From sequence record KP869100: 64,000 nt of DNA; one strand, 5' to 3'. This DNA comes from Escherichia typing phage 1. Made by a program: the position numbers and the translations under genes. The notes under the pieces were generated by a model, which worked only from the letters and a program-made list of their open reading frames with translations, had not been told where the DNA came from and did not search any database. This document shows, in pieces, positions 36,033-45,603 of the stretch; position 1 is the stretch's first letter, and every line of letters starts with the position of its first letter.

Positions 36033-36273
36033 ATGTCAGTACCTCTTTTGTGTGCTTATTCTTAGCAAGCACGTCTTTCAAATCATTTTTGTAATTGGTG
36101 CTCAGTGTAGCTAATCCTTCCTGATAAGCATCTTTAGCAACACTTATTAGCTTCTGGTTGTTTAGCTCAGTTTCAGCAACTTGGTAGTCTCTGTAAGAGT
36201 ATCCTCCCCAGACACCTGCCCCAACTAAGAAAACAATTATGAAAGTAGCTTGACAGAACTCTTTAAATGTCAT
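35926..36273 (-). CDS. membrane-anchored coiled-coil protein (i-spanin/Rz-like candidate)
   Basis: N-terminal transmembrane helix (ATFIIVFLVGAGVWGG) followed by a helical charged region. Confidence 0.35.
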   Translation of the reverse strand: MTFKEFCQATFIIVFLVGAGVWGGYSYRDYQVAETELNNQKLISVAKDAYQEGLATLSTNYKNDLKDVLAKNKHTKEVLTYEKTKPEFYNVCVTDNYVRVFNEQSEQYIQKLPSK

Positions 36274-36290
36274 TTAACAATCTCCTGAAA

Positions 36291-36314
36291 TGAAAAAGGC
36301 TCCCGAAGGAGCCT
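36291..36314 (-). terminator. intrinsic terminator
   Basis: minus strand GGCTCC-TTCG-GGAGCC hairpin followed by TTTTT. Confidence 0.6.
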
Positions 36315-36325
36315 GTATCTTAACC

Positions 36326-36805
36326 TTAACCGAGGACTTTAGCAAGGATATTTGCAGCCATCGAAGAAGCTTTTGCAGCAGCAACTACGCCAGCTTTGAC
36401 AGTGCTATCCTTAATAGCAGATACCGTTGCAGCATCAGTAAAGAGATAAGTGATTGTTTTGGAACCACTTGTAAAGGAAAGCATAAGAGTAGTTTCCAGA
36501 TTGAAAGAGCGATACGGAGCACCTTCTTTAACGATACCTTCAGCACCTAACTCTGAAGCCTTACCCATATCATAGATAGTCATCAGGTTTTCTTTGTGTG
36601 CAGTCGTTGAACCAACACCTTTTACGTGCTTCTTAACGTTCAACAATGCACGATATTCACGAATGCTACCATCAGCTTTTACATTAACAGCACGGAAAAT
36701 TTTACCTTCAAAGTTACCTTGAATCATTTTACGAACTACTTCAGATTTGTTTGCCGTATCGTCCAGTGCTACCGTAATAATATTGTTCATAAGTTCTTCT
36801 CTCAA
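36326..36805 (-). CDS. hypothetical protein
   Basis: 159-aa ORF. Confidence 0.45.
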   Translation of the reverse strand: MREELMNNIITVALDDTANKSEVVRKMIQGNFEGKIFRAVNVKADGSIREYRALLNVKKHVKGVGSTTAHKENLMTIYDMGKASELGAEGIVKEGAPYRSFNLETTLMLSFTSGSKTITYLFTDAATVSAIKDSTVKAGVVAAAKASSMAANILAKVLG

Positions 36806-37497
36806 TGTTTAACTAACATAGTTTTAATGTGTGGAAGGATTCTGTTTACCTTCTGAACATTATTCTCTGTATCTTCTATAAAGCATACTATATTAAAGTA
36901 AGGAAGAATGCAAGACTGAATCATCCTCACTTTCAAACTTTCTGCACTTATAGAGTTAGTTCCAAAACCACGCATAAAAAGCAAGTAATCATGCTCTATA
37001 TTGTGCCTTAAAAACATCTCAGTAGGTATTCTCTGAGATTCACCTCTTGCTGTCAAGAGTCCAACTGCTGCATGATTTGCAATTGCATCAATAATGTTGA
37101 AAACATATGTTGGCTTTGCTCTTACAGAATCAAGAAGATTAGTGTACTGTGAGAATGAACCATCAGTCAATTCCGTTGAGCAATCTTCGTGATTAAAATT
37201 TGTAAGAACACCATCAATATCTGCTAAGATGAGGTTACCTTTTTCTACAAGGTCTTTATTGACTATGACTAAACTATCGCGCCTTACACCTATAGTTTGT
37301 CCAGTCTCTTTGTCCACAACGTTCACAATTGGTTCTGATGTGTGGAACTCTTCCAGTGAACATACAACTTCTCTTGCAGTGTCTTCAAAATCCCTACACT
37401 GTTCTGGAGTCCATACACAGGAATCAAGACCTAACTCATGAGGATGTAAGTCATAAGCGTGGCACAGGACTTCATCAGACTTTTTTAATTTTTTCAT
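36802..37497 (-). CDS. HAD-superfamily phosphatase-like protein
   Basis: ILADIDGVLTNF matches the HAD motif I (DxDG) in the C-terminal half. Confidence 0.4.
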   Translation of the reverse strand: MKKLKKSDEVLCHAYDLHPHELGLDSCVWTPEQCRDFEDTAREVVCSLEEFHTSEPIVNVVDKETGQTIGVRRDSLVIVNKDLVEKGNLILADIDGVLTNFNHEDCSTELTDGSFSQYTNLLDSVRAKPTYVFNIIDAIANHAAVGLLTARGESQRIPTEMFLRHNIEHDYLLFMRGFGTNSISAESLKVRMIQSCILPYFNIVCFIEDTENNVQKVNRILPHIKTMLVKH

Positions 37498-38023
37498 GGT
37501 TTACCTTAGAAATGTTTGTTGCAAATTCACATTGAGCAATAACTTTCATGTTGTTATAGACATCTTGAGAATATTTCTTAGCTTTAGGGATTCTGTACGA
37601 ATACCCAGCATTATATGATGCTAAAACTTTTTGTAAAGTCTTCTTTGACTTTGGGTGACCATGCACCTTCGTCCAAAACTCAAGCTCTTTATGTGTTTCT
37701 TTTGCGGCATAGTCAAAATCTTTTAAGAGTTTCTTTTTAGCAACATTAGGACTAATTTTGTTACGCTTTACAACAGTCTTCAAGTGATTCTGGAAGATAC
37801 CATAGTCATGGGTCTTTTTATTTTCTACCTTCAGACCTAACTCTGACTCTTGTAAGGCTATAGCTGCTAGAGTGATACCCCAACCTTTACCCATGTTATT
37901 CTCACCATACTGGTAAGCTTTTAACATGTTCACTTTTTGGCTAATTGATAGTTCTGGGCAGTCAACTGCATAAGATAAGTGTGCTGTAAACATTAAGCAC
38001 AAACCTAGAATCAATTTCTTCAT
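37475..38023 (-). CDS. secreted lytic transglycosylase-like protein
   Basis: N-terminal signal peptide (MKKLILGLCLMFTAHLSYA); ESELG...DYGIFQ...SYNAGYS resemble SLT-domain motifs. Confidence 0.5.
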   Translation of the reverse strand: MKKLILGLCLMFTAHLSYAVDCPELSISQKVNMLKAYQYGENNMGKGWGITLAAIALQESELGLKVENKKTHDYGIFQNHLKTVVKRNKISPNVAKKKLLKDFDYAAKETHKELEFWTKVHGHPKSKKTLQKVLASYNAGYSYRIPKAKKYSQDVYNNMKVIAQCEFATNISKVNHEKIKKV

Positions 38024-38079
38024 TGGTTCTCCTGTTTAGTTTATCGTGACATCAATTATACAGCACTCTGCACAAAATA

Positions 38080-38107
38080 CAAATAAAAAAGGCCGCCGAA
38101 GCAGCCT
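38080..38107 (-). terminator. intrinsic terminator
   Basis: minus strand GGCTGC-TTCG-GCGGCC hairpin followed by TTTTTTATTT. Confidence 0.55.
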
Positions 38108-38123
38108 TTTAAGAAATTACTTA

Positions 38124-39233
38124 TTAGATTTCACGTTTACGTTGAGAGATGAGTTCACCAGCAGTGCCAACGATGACATGCAAAGCTTCAGTCTTACCGT
38201 CCCATGCTTCCAGCACTTTACGTTGATTATCAACGATTGCTGCAACTTCATAACGAGAGGAACGCATCTTCATATCATTGTAATCAGTTGGAACAGATAC
38301 AACATCTCGTGGATGTACGCGAACCTTCAGGATTGTATCACCTGAGAAGCAACGAACATAATCCCAAGCACCAACATGAAGACCTTGAGAGCAAGTTACG
38401 TTACGGTTATTATCAACCATCCAACGTGGCATTTCTACAATGTTACCCAAATCATTAGGCACTTTGTAGGTGTGAGAGTCAACCAGCTTGCCTTCACGAG
38501 TAGAGACTTTCTTCCAACCAATGATGTAGCCTTCTTCATCAATTTCAACATCAAGGTGAGATACAAATCCCCAAAGTTGTTCTACAGAATCTTTAGATGG
38601 GTTTTCCATCAGTTTTTCGAAGAACATTACAAGTCGTTCAAAACCTTTATCGCCAGTTTTCATCATGTGAAGAATACGGTCAACCAGAGTAGAACGCATC
38701 TCAACAGCACCGTAGAATAGCTTGTCGCCTTTGATTGTGATAGCACCCTGAGTGAAGTTTTCGATAGACTTACGAATGTTCATCAGTTCAAATGCTTTCT
38801 TGAACTGACCTTTCACAACATGAACTACAATCTCTTGATAGTTCGGATGAGTAGACTCAACAATTTCAGATTCTGAACCATAAGTCATAATTACAGAATC
38901 ACCAGTAATCATGTACTCAATCTTGTCATCTTTCTGCATAGCTTCGTGCAGTTTATTTACTGGAGCTTTCTGTACAGTGTCTTTAACGACCTTTTCAACT
39001 GGTTTGCCAGCTTTCTTTTTAAAAGTCTTAGCAAATTGTTTCAAAGTCTTCGTAGCTGGTGTAGAAGTTGCCTTCTTCTTGCCTTTTAAGGTTGCTTCAT
39101 GACGCTCTACAGCACGACCAACTGAACGGGTTGAAGTATTGAACTTCTGTGCAATAGCTGTTTTAGTCAGCTTACCTTCTTTAACCAGTTTGTAAATTTC
39201 TGCGTCAATCTGTGCTTTAGTTTTAGTAGTCAT
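38124..39233 (-). CDS. rIIB-like protein (candidate)
   Basis: 369-aa ORF directly downstream of the GHKL-ATPase rIIA-like gene; N-terminal helix-turn-helix-like segment. Confidence 0.4.
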   Translation of the reverse strand: MTTKTKAQIDAEIYKLVKEGKLTKTAIAQKFNTSTRSVGRAVERHEATLKGKKKATSTPATKTLKQFAKTFKKKAGKPVEKVVKDTVQKAPVNKLHEAMQKDDKIEYMITGDSVIMTYGSESEIVESTHPNYQEIVVHVVKGQFKKAFELMNIRKSIENFTQGAITIKGDKLFYGAVEMRSTLVDRILHMMKTGDKGFERLVMFFEKLMENPSKDSVEQLWGFVSHLDVEIDEEGYIIGWKKVSTREGKLVDSHTYKVPNDLGNIVEMPRWMVDNNRNVTCSQGLHVGAWDYVRCFSGDTILKVRVHPRDVVSVPTDYNDMKMRSSRYEVAAIVDNQRKVLEAWDGKTEALHVIVGTAGELISQRKREI

Positions 39234-39312
39234 CTTATTACTCTCTCTTGTTAGTTAATCAATCAATTTGTGAGGCTATTCTAAGGGGCTTCAAAGCCCC
39301 TTGTCAAACACT

Positions 39313-41679
39313 TTAATCGTAAATTGTTGTACCTTCTGGAACACATTTCACATTAAAGCCTAAAAACTTACTCACTTCGATAGGTGATACTTTATTCCAA
39401 TCTAAGTGTGAAAGCAAGAAGTTTTCTTGTTTTCTTTTTGAAAGATAGTTTGTCAGCTTGATAACCATGCGGTCACCTGCTTTTTTAATCTTTTTGTACA
39501 GTTTTGTGTCATTATCAAGGCATGACTTCAAATCCTGAAGAACACTGATAGTGTAAGTGTATGCAAACGGTGCAGCCACATACTGAATCTTACCGAACAT
39601 TGCCTCAACAGCATCTTCATTCCCTTCTAAGAAGATTGTCTTAATAGTATCCCTTGAATAACAATACCCGCGAGAAATCTTCCTGTTATTGAACGTAAAG
39701 TTTCTGGCAATAATCCAACTGCTTGTAAGGTCGAGGACACCATCCATGTAGATGCGTGTCATATACCTGTTATGGTTAATCCAATGAACATCAGTTAAGC
39801 TGTCGTTCAAGAGCTTCTCATCTACTTCAATCCAGTCTTCTGGTATCTTTTTCCAATTTGCTTTTCGGAAAACATAGACTGTCTTGCCTGTAACATTAGC
39901 AACTGACTTAGCTACATCCTCTGGAGATGAGCAAAAACATCTACCATCAACTGTGTCACCTACTGCCTTAATATAAAGCTGAGGCTCTTCAATTGTGTCT
40001 AAGTCTTCTGACACCTCTTTGTATGAAGCTTTAGTTTCTGCTGGAACAGCTTTCCAGAGTTTTACAACACCCCTTACAGCTTCTTTACGCTGATAGTGGT
40101 GTTCCTTATCAGACATCTTCACAATCTTTAACAAGCTTTTATCAAGTTTGTGTAGATTGATTAAATCATCTAACTCTTTTTCAGTCGAGAATACAAAGAC
40201 AATACCATTGTATCTGTGAAACAGATTTGACTCACTGGCGTAGTCTCGACATGCACCACGCAAAATTTGATTGCGTCCTACAGTCTTCTCAGTACCGTTT
40301 TTATTGCGACGGTCATTAATCACGAACAAAAACTGTTCAATTTGGCTTTTACGCATTGCACCAAAGATATTGAACATGCTTGCCTCTTGAGTGTAGGAAA
40401 GTGCTGTTGCACGAATCTTACTCTCTAAAGAGTTGAACTTGACATAAGCAACTGGGTCATAAAGATAATCTACTTTAGGGATATTGTTCCCGTTCCTATC
40501 AACCTTAATATTGCCTTTACCGTCACGTTCATAAATGACTGAGCCGTCTTCTGCGTAGATAATTCCACGACGAATGTTTAACAATTCTTCTTCCAGAGAA
40601 TCAAGCTTAATGCCTCCCCACTCTAGCTTTGGACACACAGCATTAAACATCTCTCGTGAGTTCAAACGTAGCTCTGCATAAGCCTGTGCAGCATCCATGA
40701 GTGTAGGTTGGCTATTAACTTTCTTGATAACATCCTTTGTAATTGCTTCAGTTATCTTTTTGGTAGCCTCGATGATAACATTTTTTGTCGTATCATTCAT
40801 CTGCAATGCTTCACGAGAAGCTGCTATAGCAACTGAACCAATAGGCATGTAGATGTTTACAAGGTCTACGCTCCTACGGAAAAACTCTGGCAAGACTTTG
40901 AAGAAATCATCACCAAGTAATGCTTCCATGTTCACTGGATAGGCAATATTACCCATCACCACATTAAACTCTGTCCTGTTACCACTAGAACGCCAGCTTT
41001 GCTTATGAATCATGGCATCATAAACACCTTCTTCACGGGCAATGACGTTCATATCTGCTAATACATCGTCGTACTCAATATTACTTTCTGGTTTTACAGT
41101 GAAGTATGAGTACACATTTCCAGCTTCTTCAAAGAACTTTGAGATACGGTGGTCAGCAACTGCCACACGTACAGCTAAACCATTAGGTTCTTTTGTTGGG
41201 TTAGTGGTCAGCTTAGTTACTTGAGGGATACCATTCTCAAGATAAACAGAGTACTTATTAACAACACCATCAACATAGCTAGATACTGTGAATGACTGAG
41301 CAATTGCAAATGGGGATTTTGAGCCGATACCCATTGCACCAATGTAGTCATTAGAGTCATTCTTCGTAGAAGCCCCGTAGTTTAGGTACAAACTCATAAC
41401 TTTATCATGAGTCAATCCAGTTCCAAAATCACGAACTTCAAAGTAAGGCTCAAAACGAGTAGGTAAATGCACATGGAACGGAATGTTCTCTTTTCCAGCT
41501 TCTTTCTGAGCATCTACTGCGTTACATGACAGTTCACGAATCACTGCCCTTTCTTTAAAGGTATATACACCAGAACTCAAAAGGCTGAACATCTCAGGTG
41601 TCATTGTAATCTGTGCTTGAGACGTCTCTAAAGAAGTTGAACTCTTAATCACTTCTGCGTGGTCATTTACCATGCGCAT
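39313..41679 (-). CDS. rIIA-like protein with N-terminal GHKL-type ATPase domain
   Basis: Bergerat-fold motifs ELSCNAVDA, DFGTGL and GAMGIGSKS in the N-terminal region; 788 aa. Confidence 0.5.
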   Translation of the reverse strand: MRMVNDHAEVIKSSTSLETSQAQITMTPEMFSLLSSGVYTFKERAVIRELSCNAVDAQKEAGKENIPFHVHLPTRFEPYFEVRDFGTGLTHDKVMSLYLNYGASTKNDSNDYIGAMGIGSKSPFAIAQSFTVSSYVDGVVNKYSVYLENGIPQVTKLTTNPTKEPNGLAVRVAVADHRISKFFEEAGNVYSYFTVKPESNIEYDDVLADMNVIAREEGVYDAMIHKQSWRSSGNRTEFNVVMGNIAYPVNMEALLGDDFFKVLPEFFRRSVDLVNIYMPIGSVAIAASREALQMNDTTKNVIIEATKKITEAITKDVIKKVNSQPTLMDAAQAYAELRLNSREMFNAVCPKLEWGGIKLDSLEEELLNIRRGIIYAEDGSVIYERDGKGNIKVDRNGNNIPKVDYLYDPVAYVKFNSLESKIRATALSYTQEASMFNIFGAMRKSQIEQFLFVINDRRNKNGTEKTVGRNQILRGACRDYASESNLFHRYNGIVFVFSTEKELDDLINLHKLDKSLLKIVKMSDKEHHYQRKEAVRGVVKLWKAVPAETKASYKEVSEDLDTIEEPQLYIKAVGDTVDGRCFCSSPEDVAKSVANVTGKTVYVFRKANWKKIPEDWIEVDEKLLNDSLTDVHWINHNRYMTRIYMDGVLDLTSSWIIARNFTFNNRKISRGYCYSRDTIKTIFLEGNEDAVEAMFGKIQYVAAPFAYTYTISVLQDLKSCLDNDTKLYKKIKKAGDRMVIKLTNYLSKRKQENFLLSHLDWNKVSPIEVSKFLGFNVKCVPEGTTIYD

Positions 41680-41708
41680 AATACTTTCCTCTTAGTTTAC
41701 TGTTAAAT

Positions 41709-41883
41709 TACTTATTAAACATTTTACCAGAACCACCACACATAGGGCAACAACCTGCTCTTGTATACCCTTCTCCGTTACAGTAGTCACACTTCTTGTG
41801 TTCTGCAAAGTACTTACAAAGAAGATAAACAAGGACTGCTACACTACCAAGTGACAGTAAAATTTCTACCCAATATGCTTGCA
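41709..41883 (-). CDS. small membrane-anchored protein with two CxxCxGxG (DnaJ-type zinc finger) motifs
   Basis: 58-aa ORF below the track threshold, translated by eye: hydrophobic N-terminus then CDYCNGEG and CPMCGGSG. Confidence 0.35.
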
Positions 41884-42213
41884 TGACTCACCCCTCATGT
41901 TTTTGTAAAGGATAAAGCTTCTGTCATGGACGATACTTGTAGATACTGCAAAGTTACTTTCAAGCATCTGTTTGTTTGGATTGTAGAAGCTTTTTTTAAA
42001 CTCGTCAAGTGCAAATTGGTGATGGTCTGGAAGACCTTTTACACAAACTTTTATTGTGATTGCTGCTGCAATCTTGCCAGTCAGTTCTTCTTTAGCTGCT
42101 ACTAAAATTTTGTTAAGGAACTTTTTACCATCTTCAGGTTTCTTAATGTTCTCCCAACGTTCTTCTAAGATAATGTTGATGTTCATCTCTTTGATTTTCA
42201 TAGTTTTCACCAA
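41866..42213 (-). CDS. hypothetical protein
   Basis: 115-aa ORF. Confidence 0.45.
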   Translation of the reverse strand: MVKTMKIKEMNINIILEERWENIKKPEDGKKFLNKILVAAKEELTGKIAAAITIKVCVKGLPDHHQFALDEFKKSFYNPNKQMLESNFAVSTSIVHDRSFILYKNMRGESCKHIG

Positions 42214-42551
42214 GTCCAGTTAATGAGTATGCCATCGAAACCTTTTGCTAAAGGTACACCCTCATGTTCATAAAATTCAGGATTAACTTCGAATCCACGA
42301 TTTTCAATATACTCTATCATGTATTTCATTACAAAGCTAATCTCTTCGTAGTCATCTGGGTCTCTGCCAAAGAACTGTTCTATGACAAACATACCTTCTT
42401 TTGTAGCAAATTGGCAGTGGTGATTGTAGATACCTTCACAAAACTTTTCAAACTTTTCTTTACCGAGAACTTTAAGGATGTCTGTATAGGCAACTTGTAA
42501 GTATTTCGGTTGTACAGGTTTATTGTTAAACCATATGGAAAGGTTGTCCAT
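42207..42551 (-). CDS. hypothetical protein
   Basis: 114-aa ORF. Confidence 0.45.
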   Translation of the reverse strand: MDNLSIWFNNKPVQPKYLQVAYTDILKVLGKEKFEKFCEGIYNHHCQFATKEGMFVIEQFFGRDPDDYEEISFVMKYMIEYIENRGFEVNPEFYEHEGVPLAKGFDGILINWTW

Positions 42552-42565
42552 AGCATTCTCCAGAA

Positions 42566-42590
42566 ATTAAAAAGGCTCCCGTAGGAGCCT
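42566..42590 (-). terminator. intrinsic terminator after the NAMPT-like gene
   Basis: minus strand GGCTCC-TACG-GGAGCC hairpin followed by TTTTTAA. Confidence 0.6.
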
Positions 42591-42604
42591 CTTATCATAT
42601 ACTT

Positions 42605-44386
42605 TTAAAGCTGCTTGTCAATATTATTTCGAATATCACCAAGAGTTGTGTAACCGTACTGCTCAGAGTCGCTAAAGACTAAACGTAAAGCACAAGCTGG
42701 ATGTTCAAGTGCATCTGCAAAGCTCTGGAATCCATAGCCATCTACAGCTTTCAAATTCTCACCATCCCACATAGGTGCTACACCACCAAAGGCAGATTTC
42801 TTAACACCACTATCTGTTTTAGGGTCTTTTGCAAGCATAATCTCTTTGCCACCAATGCTTGCAAGAGTTGCTTTGACAGCAAATGCAAAGGTGTCACGAG
42901 TCATGTACTGGTAAGTGTAAGAGCCTACACCAAACACCACGTTAGAGCTTGCAAACCCCATTTCATACAGACGCTTCAGGATTTCGTTTGCACGTTCCAA
43001 CGTGATAGAGTCGCCATAGATAAGTCCAATGTGCTCATCCAGTACCTTAAAACCTTTAGAGTTGATAGTTCCTCCAAAGATGTTATACAAGGTCTTAATA
43101 GCTCCATCAATCTCTGCTACAGGGCGTGTTACAACGTTTGCAGAACCAACCATATAAGCGTTCTTCAACATCACTGTATCAGCAACTTCAAAGTCTTCTC
43201 TGTCAACAACCATTTCGTAGCCTTCTGACAGTAGCCATCCAGCAATACCATAGTTGATGTTTTCAAGCTTCATGTTAAGAACAGCATTCAACATTGTGTC
43301 ACTGACTTCCAGCTTGCTTAGGTGCTCGTAATAAGCCTTCTTAGCACATTCTAAGTGGATTGCTTTATAACCTGTGACAATATGTACAGGGTCTCCAGAG
43401 TCAGGGCGAATTACCAGTTTGCCATCACGTTCCATAATTTCTTTACGAAGTGCTGGTAAGATTTCTGACACAGTTCTCCAGAAGTTATAAGTATCTGAAA
43501 CAATACTTGCAATACCTGTTGGGTAAGTTTCTGTTAAGAAACGACGGAAGGTTTGTAACTCACCTTTAAAGCGTCTTTCTTCTTCAATCAACTCATTACC
43601 ACCTTCCCAAGCAATGTTTGCACACATTACAGAGTGCTCAGTGGCTGGTACAGAGCTACCAATATCAGAGATTGGGTAGGACTGTCCATAGATTCGTTTA
43701 GCCGTGTATACAGCAGGGAAGCTATCAGTCCCTTTAAAGCTGGTTAAGTGACCTACAGCGTTAAATGCGTCATCAGTAAAGCCGGACATACCACGCATAG
43801 CAAAATCATGGCACTGATAAGGTAAATGTAAGTCATTGTCACAAGTAAGGTCAGCCCACTTCTTACAGATGCGTTTGTAATGCAATGCAATAGTTGCAAT
43901 GGTGCAAGCCTTCCAAATTTCAGCAGAGAAAGCATCTTCCAGATAACCTGCTACCCAATGAAAACCTGAAACAGTGTTCTGAAAGACAATCATCGGGACA
44001 CGCATTGGAACAACTGTGCCTTCTTCTACAGCGTATACTTCAACTGGTAGATAACCTAAGTCGTGAAGTGCTTCCCAATGCTCTCGACCGATAGCATCTT
44101 TACCCAGAACACCATTCATGACTTCTAAGATTTCATCAATGGCTTCTTTTTTATCACGTTCAAAGAAAGTGGCATTCCAGTGGTCTATCAAGTAATCTTT
44201 AACAAAACGTTGAATACCAAAAGCCACTACACCGTCAATTGCTAAAGGGCTGTTAAACCATTTATCACTACGTGGTGTCAGGTTGAACATCAAGTATTCT
44301 GTTGCACTAGGATACTGGTAAACATGACCAGATTTGTAAGCATCTGCATTTAAACCTGCTGGTACTGCATAAAGTGATTTAGTCAT
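42605..44386 (-). CDS. nicotinamide phosphoribosyltransferase (NAMPT) family protein; Namat-like candidate
   Basis: 593-aa ORF, N-terminus LNADAYKSGH typical of NAMPT/NadV-family enzymes; immediately downstream of a PRPP-synthetase-like gene. Confidence 0.6.
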   Translation of the reverse strand: MTKSLYAVPAGLNADAYKSGHVYQYPSATEYLMFNLTPRSDKWFNSPLAIDGVVAFGIQRFVKDYLIDHWNATFFERDKKEAIDEILEVMNGVLGKDAIGREHWEALHDLGYLPVEVYAVEEGTVVPMRVPMIVFQNTVSGFHWVAGYLEDAFSAEIWKACTIATIALHYKRICKKWADLTCDNDLHLPYQCHDFAMRGMSGFTDDAFNAVGHLTSFKGTDSFPAVYTAKRIYGQSYPISDIGSSVPATEHSVMCANIAWEGGNELIEEERRFKGELQTFRRFLTETYPTGIASIVSDTYNFWRTVSEILPALRKEIMERDGKLVIRPDSGDPVHIVTGYKAIHLECAKKAYYEHLSKLEVSDTMLNAVLNMKLENINYGIAGWLLSEGYEMVVDREDFEVADTVMLKNAYMVGSANVVTRPVAEIDGAIKTLYNIFGGTINSKGFKVLDEHIGLIYGDSITLERANEILKRLYEMGFASSNVVFGVGSYTYQYMTRDTFAFAVKATLASIGGKEIMLAKDPKTDSGVKKSAFGGVAPMWDGENLKAVDGYGFQSFADALEHPACALRLVFSDSEQYGYTTLGDIRNNIDKQL

Positions 44387-44431
44387 CTTTTAATCTCTCT
44401 CAAAATGGGGCTTTTAAGCCCCTATAAAGTT

Positions 44432-45328
44432 TCAATCAAGGTTTGCTACAGTAACTTGACCATAATGTGTTAAGCCACGGTCTTTAGCTTCCCCTAAAGA
44501 GTTTGTAGTGTAGATATGGTCAATACCATTGTCAAGAAGGTTTTCAACATCTTTAGAGAAGATACCATGTGTTACATAGAGTTCCACACGTTTTGTACCT
44601 GCTTCACGGAGATGCTTAGCTGCTTCTATGAAGGTTCGACCACCATCACAGATATCATCCAGAATCATGACGGTTTTATCTGTCAAATCAACATCATCAA
44701 GGATTCGCATACCAGTAATTTCACCAGTCTTAAGGTTACGCACCTTAGACATTGTGATATATGGTTTATCCACCTCTTTAGCGGTCTCTGCAACCTTCTT
44801 AGCAGCACCTGCATCTGGGGCTACTAAGTAATCAACCAGTGGGTCATTTGCATAGTGGACTGCAATCTCCTTTTGAGGAATACTCTGGAAGCAGTTAAAC
44901 AGGTTATCTGGTACATAGCTGTGAGGGTCAACTGCACAGACTGCGCCAAATCCCATTGCATTAATCTGTTTAGCAAAAACCTTTAAAGCTGCTGCGTCAC
45001 CTTTAAACATGTGACGGTCATATCGTGCATTTGGTAAGTAGTAAAAGATGACAGTCTTTAAAGCATAATCATGAGGAATTAAATCATCAATTGCTTCTTT
45101 AGCAAGTGCCACAGCAAACAATGTGTCCTTGTCATAACCTTTTACAATCATAATCACATTGTTGATGGATGATGCTGCATAAGCAGTAAAATCAACAAAC
45201 TCTGGCGAAAAGTGTCCACCAATCTCACCAGAAGGGAATTGGACGATGTTAAACTCTTCTTCATGAGTCCCTTTAGTTGGTGAATGAACTGTAACACGGA
45301 TAGATGTTTTCATAGTTTTCTCTCTCAA
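44432..45328 (-). CDS. ribose-phosphate pyrophosphokinase (PRPP synthetase) family protein; Adps-like candidate
   Basis: VMILDDICDGGRT phosphoribosyl-binding motif and DPHS segment of Prs-family enzymes; 298 aa. Confidence 0.6.
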   Translation of the reverse strand: MREKTMKTSIRVTVHSPTKGTHEEEFNIVQFPSGEIGGHFSPEFVDFTAYAASSINNVIMIVKGYDKDTLFAVALAKEAIDDLIPHDYALKTVIFYYLPNARYDRHMFKGDAAALKVFAKQINAMGFGAVCAVDPHSYVPDNLFNCFQSIPQKEIAVHYANDPLVDYLVAPDAGAAKKVAETAKEVDKPYITMSKVRNLKTGEITGMRILDDVDLTDKTVMILDDICDGGRTFIEAAKHLREAGTKRVELYVTHGIFSKDVENLLDNGIDHIYTTNSLGEAKDRGLTHYGQVTVANLD

Positions 45329-45603
45329 TCAAAAGTTACGTTTGTTACTGCCATTGCAGATTTGCATTTTGCAGGGTCTACAACGTGATAAAGTACACTA
45401 CAGTTACCTGTGCTGTCTGGTACAGGTTTAACCCATTGTTGCTTGACAGTTGGTTCGCCTAAGTCTTTGTAAGAACCATCTGTAAAGTTGTTTACCATCT
45501 CAAGTGCAATTGGCTCTGGAACATGACCACGTATCATGTACATTTCACAACCATTACCTCCTTCACTGACTAATGGTAAAATCTCCCACTTTTCTTTAGT
45601 CAT
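45325..45603 (-). CDS. hypothetical protein co-transcribed with the Prs-like gene
   Basis: 92-aa ORF, stop/start overlap with 44432-45328. Confidence 0.4.
   Translation of the reverse strand: MTKEKWEILPLVSEGGNGCEMYMIRGHVPEPIALEMVNNFTDGSYKDLGEPTVKQQWVKPVPDSTGNCSVLYHVVDPAKCKSAMAVTNVTFD

Noticed and set aside
42701-44094. Plus-strand ORFs inside the NAMPT-like gene (42701-43228, 43894-44094) and short minus-strand ORF 43753-43935
   Set aside because: Embedded in or antisense to a 593-aa gene with clear enzyme-family features; Cys-rich low-complexity translations typical of shadow frames.
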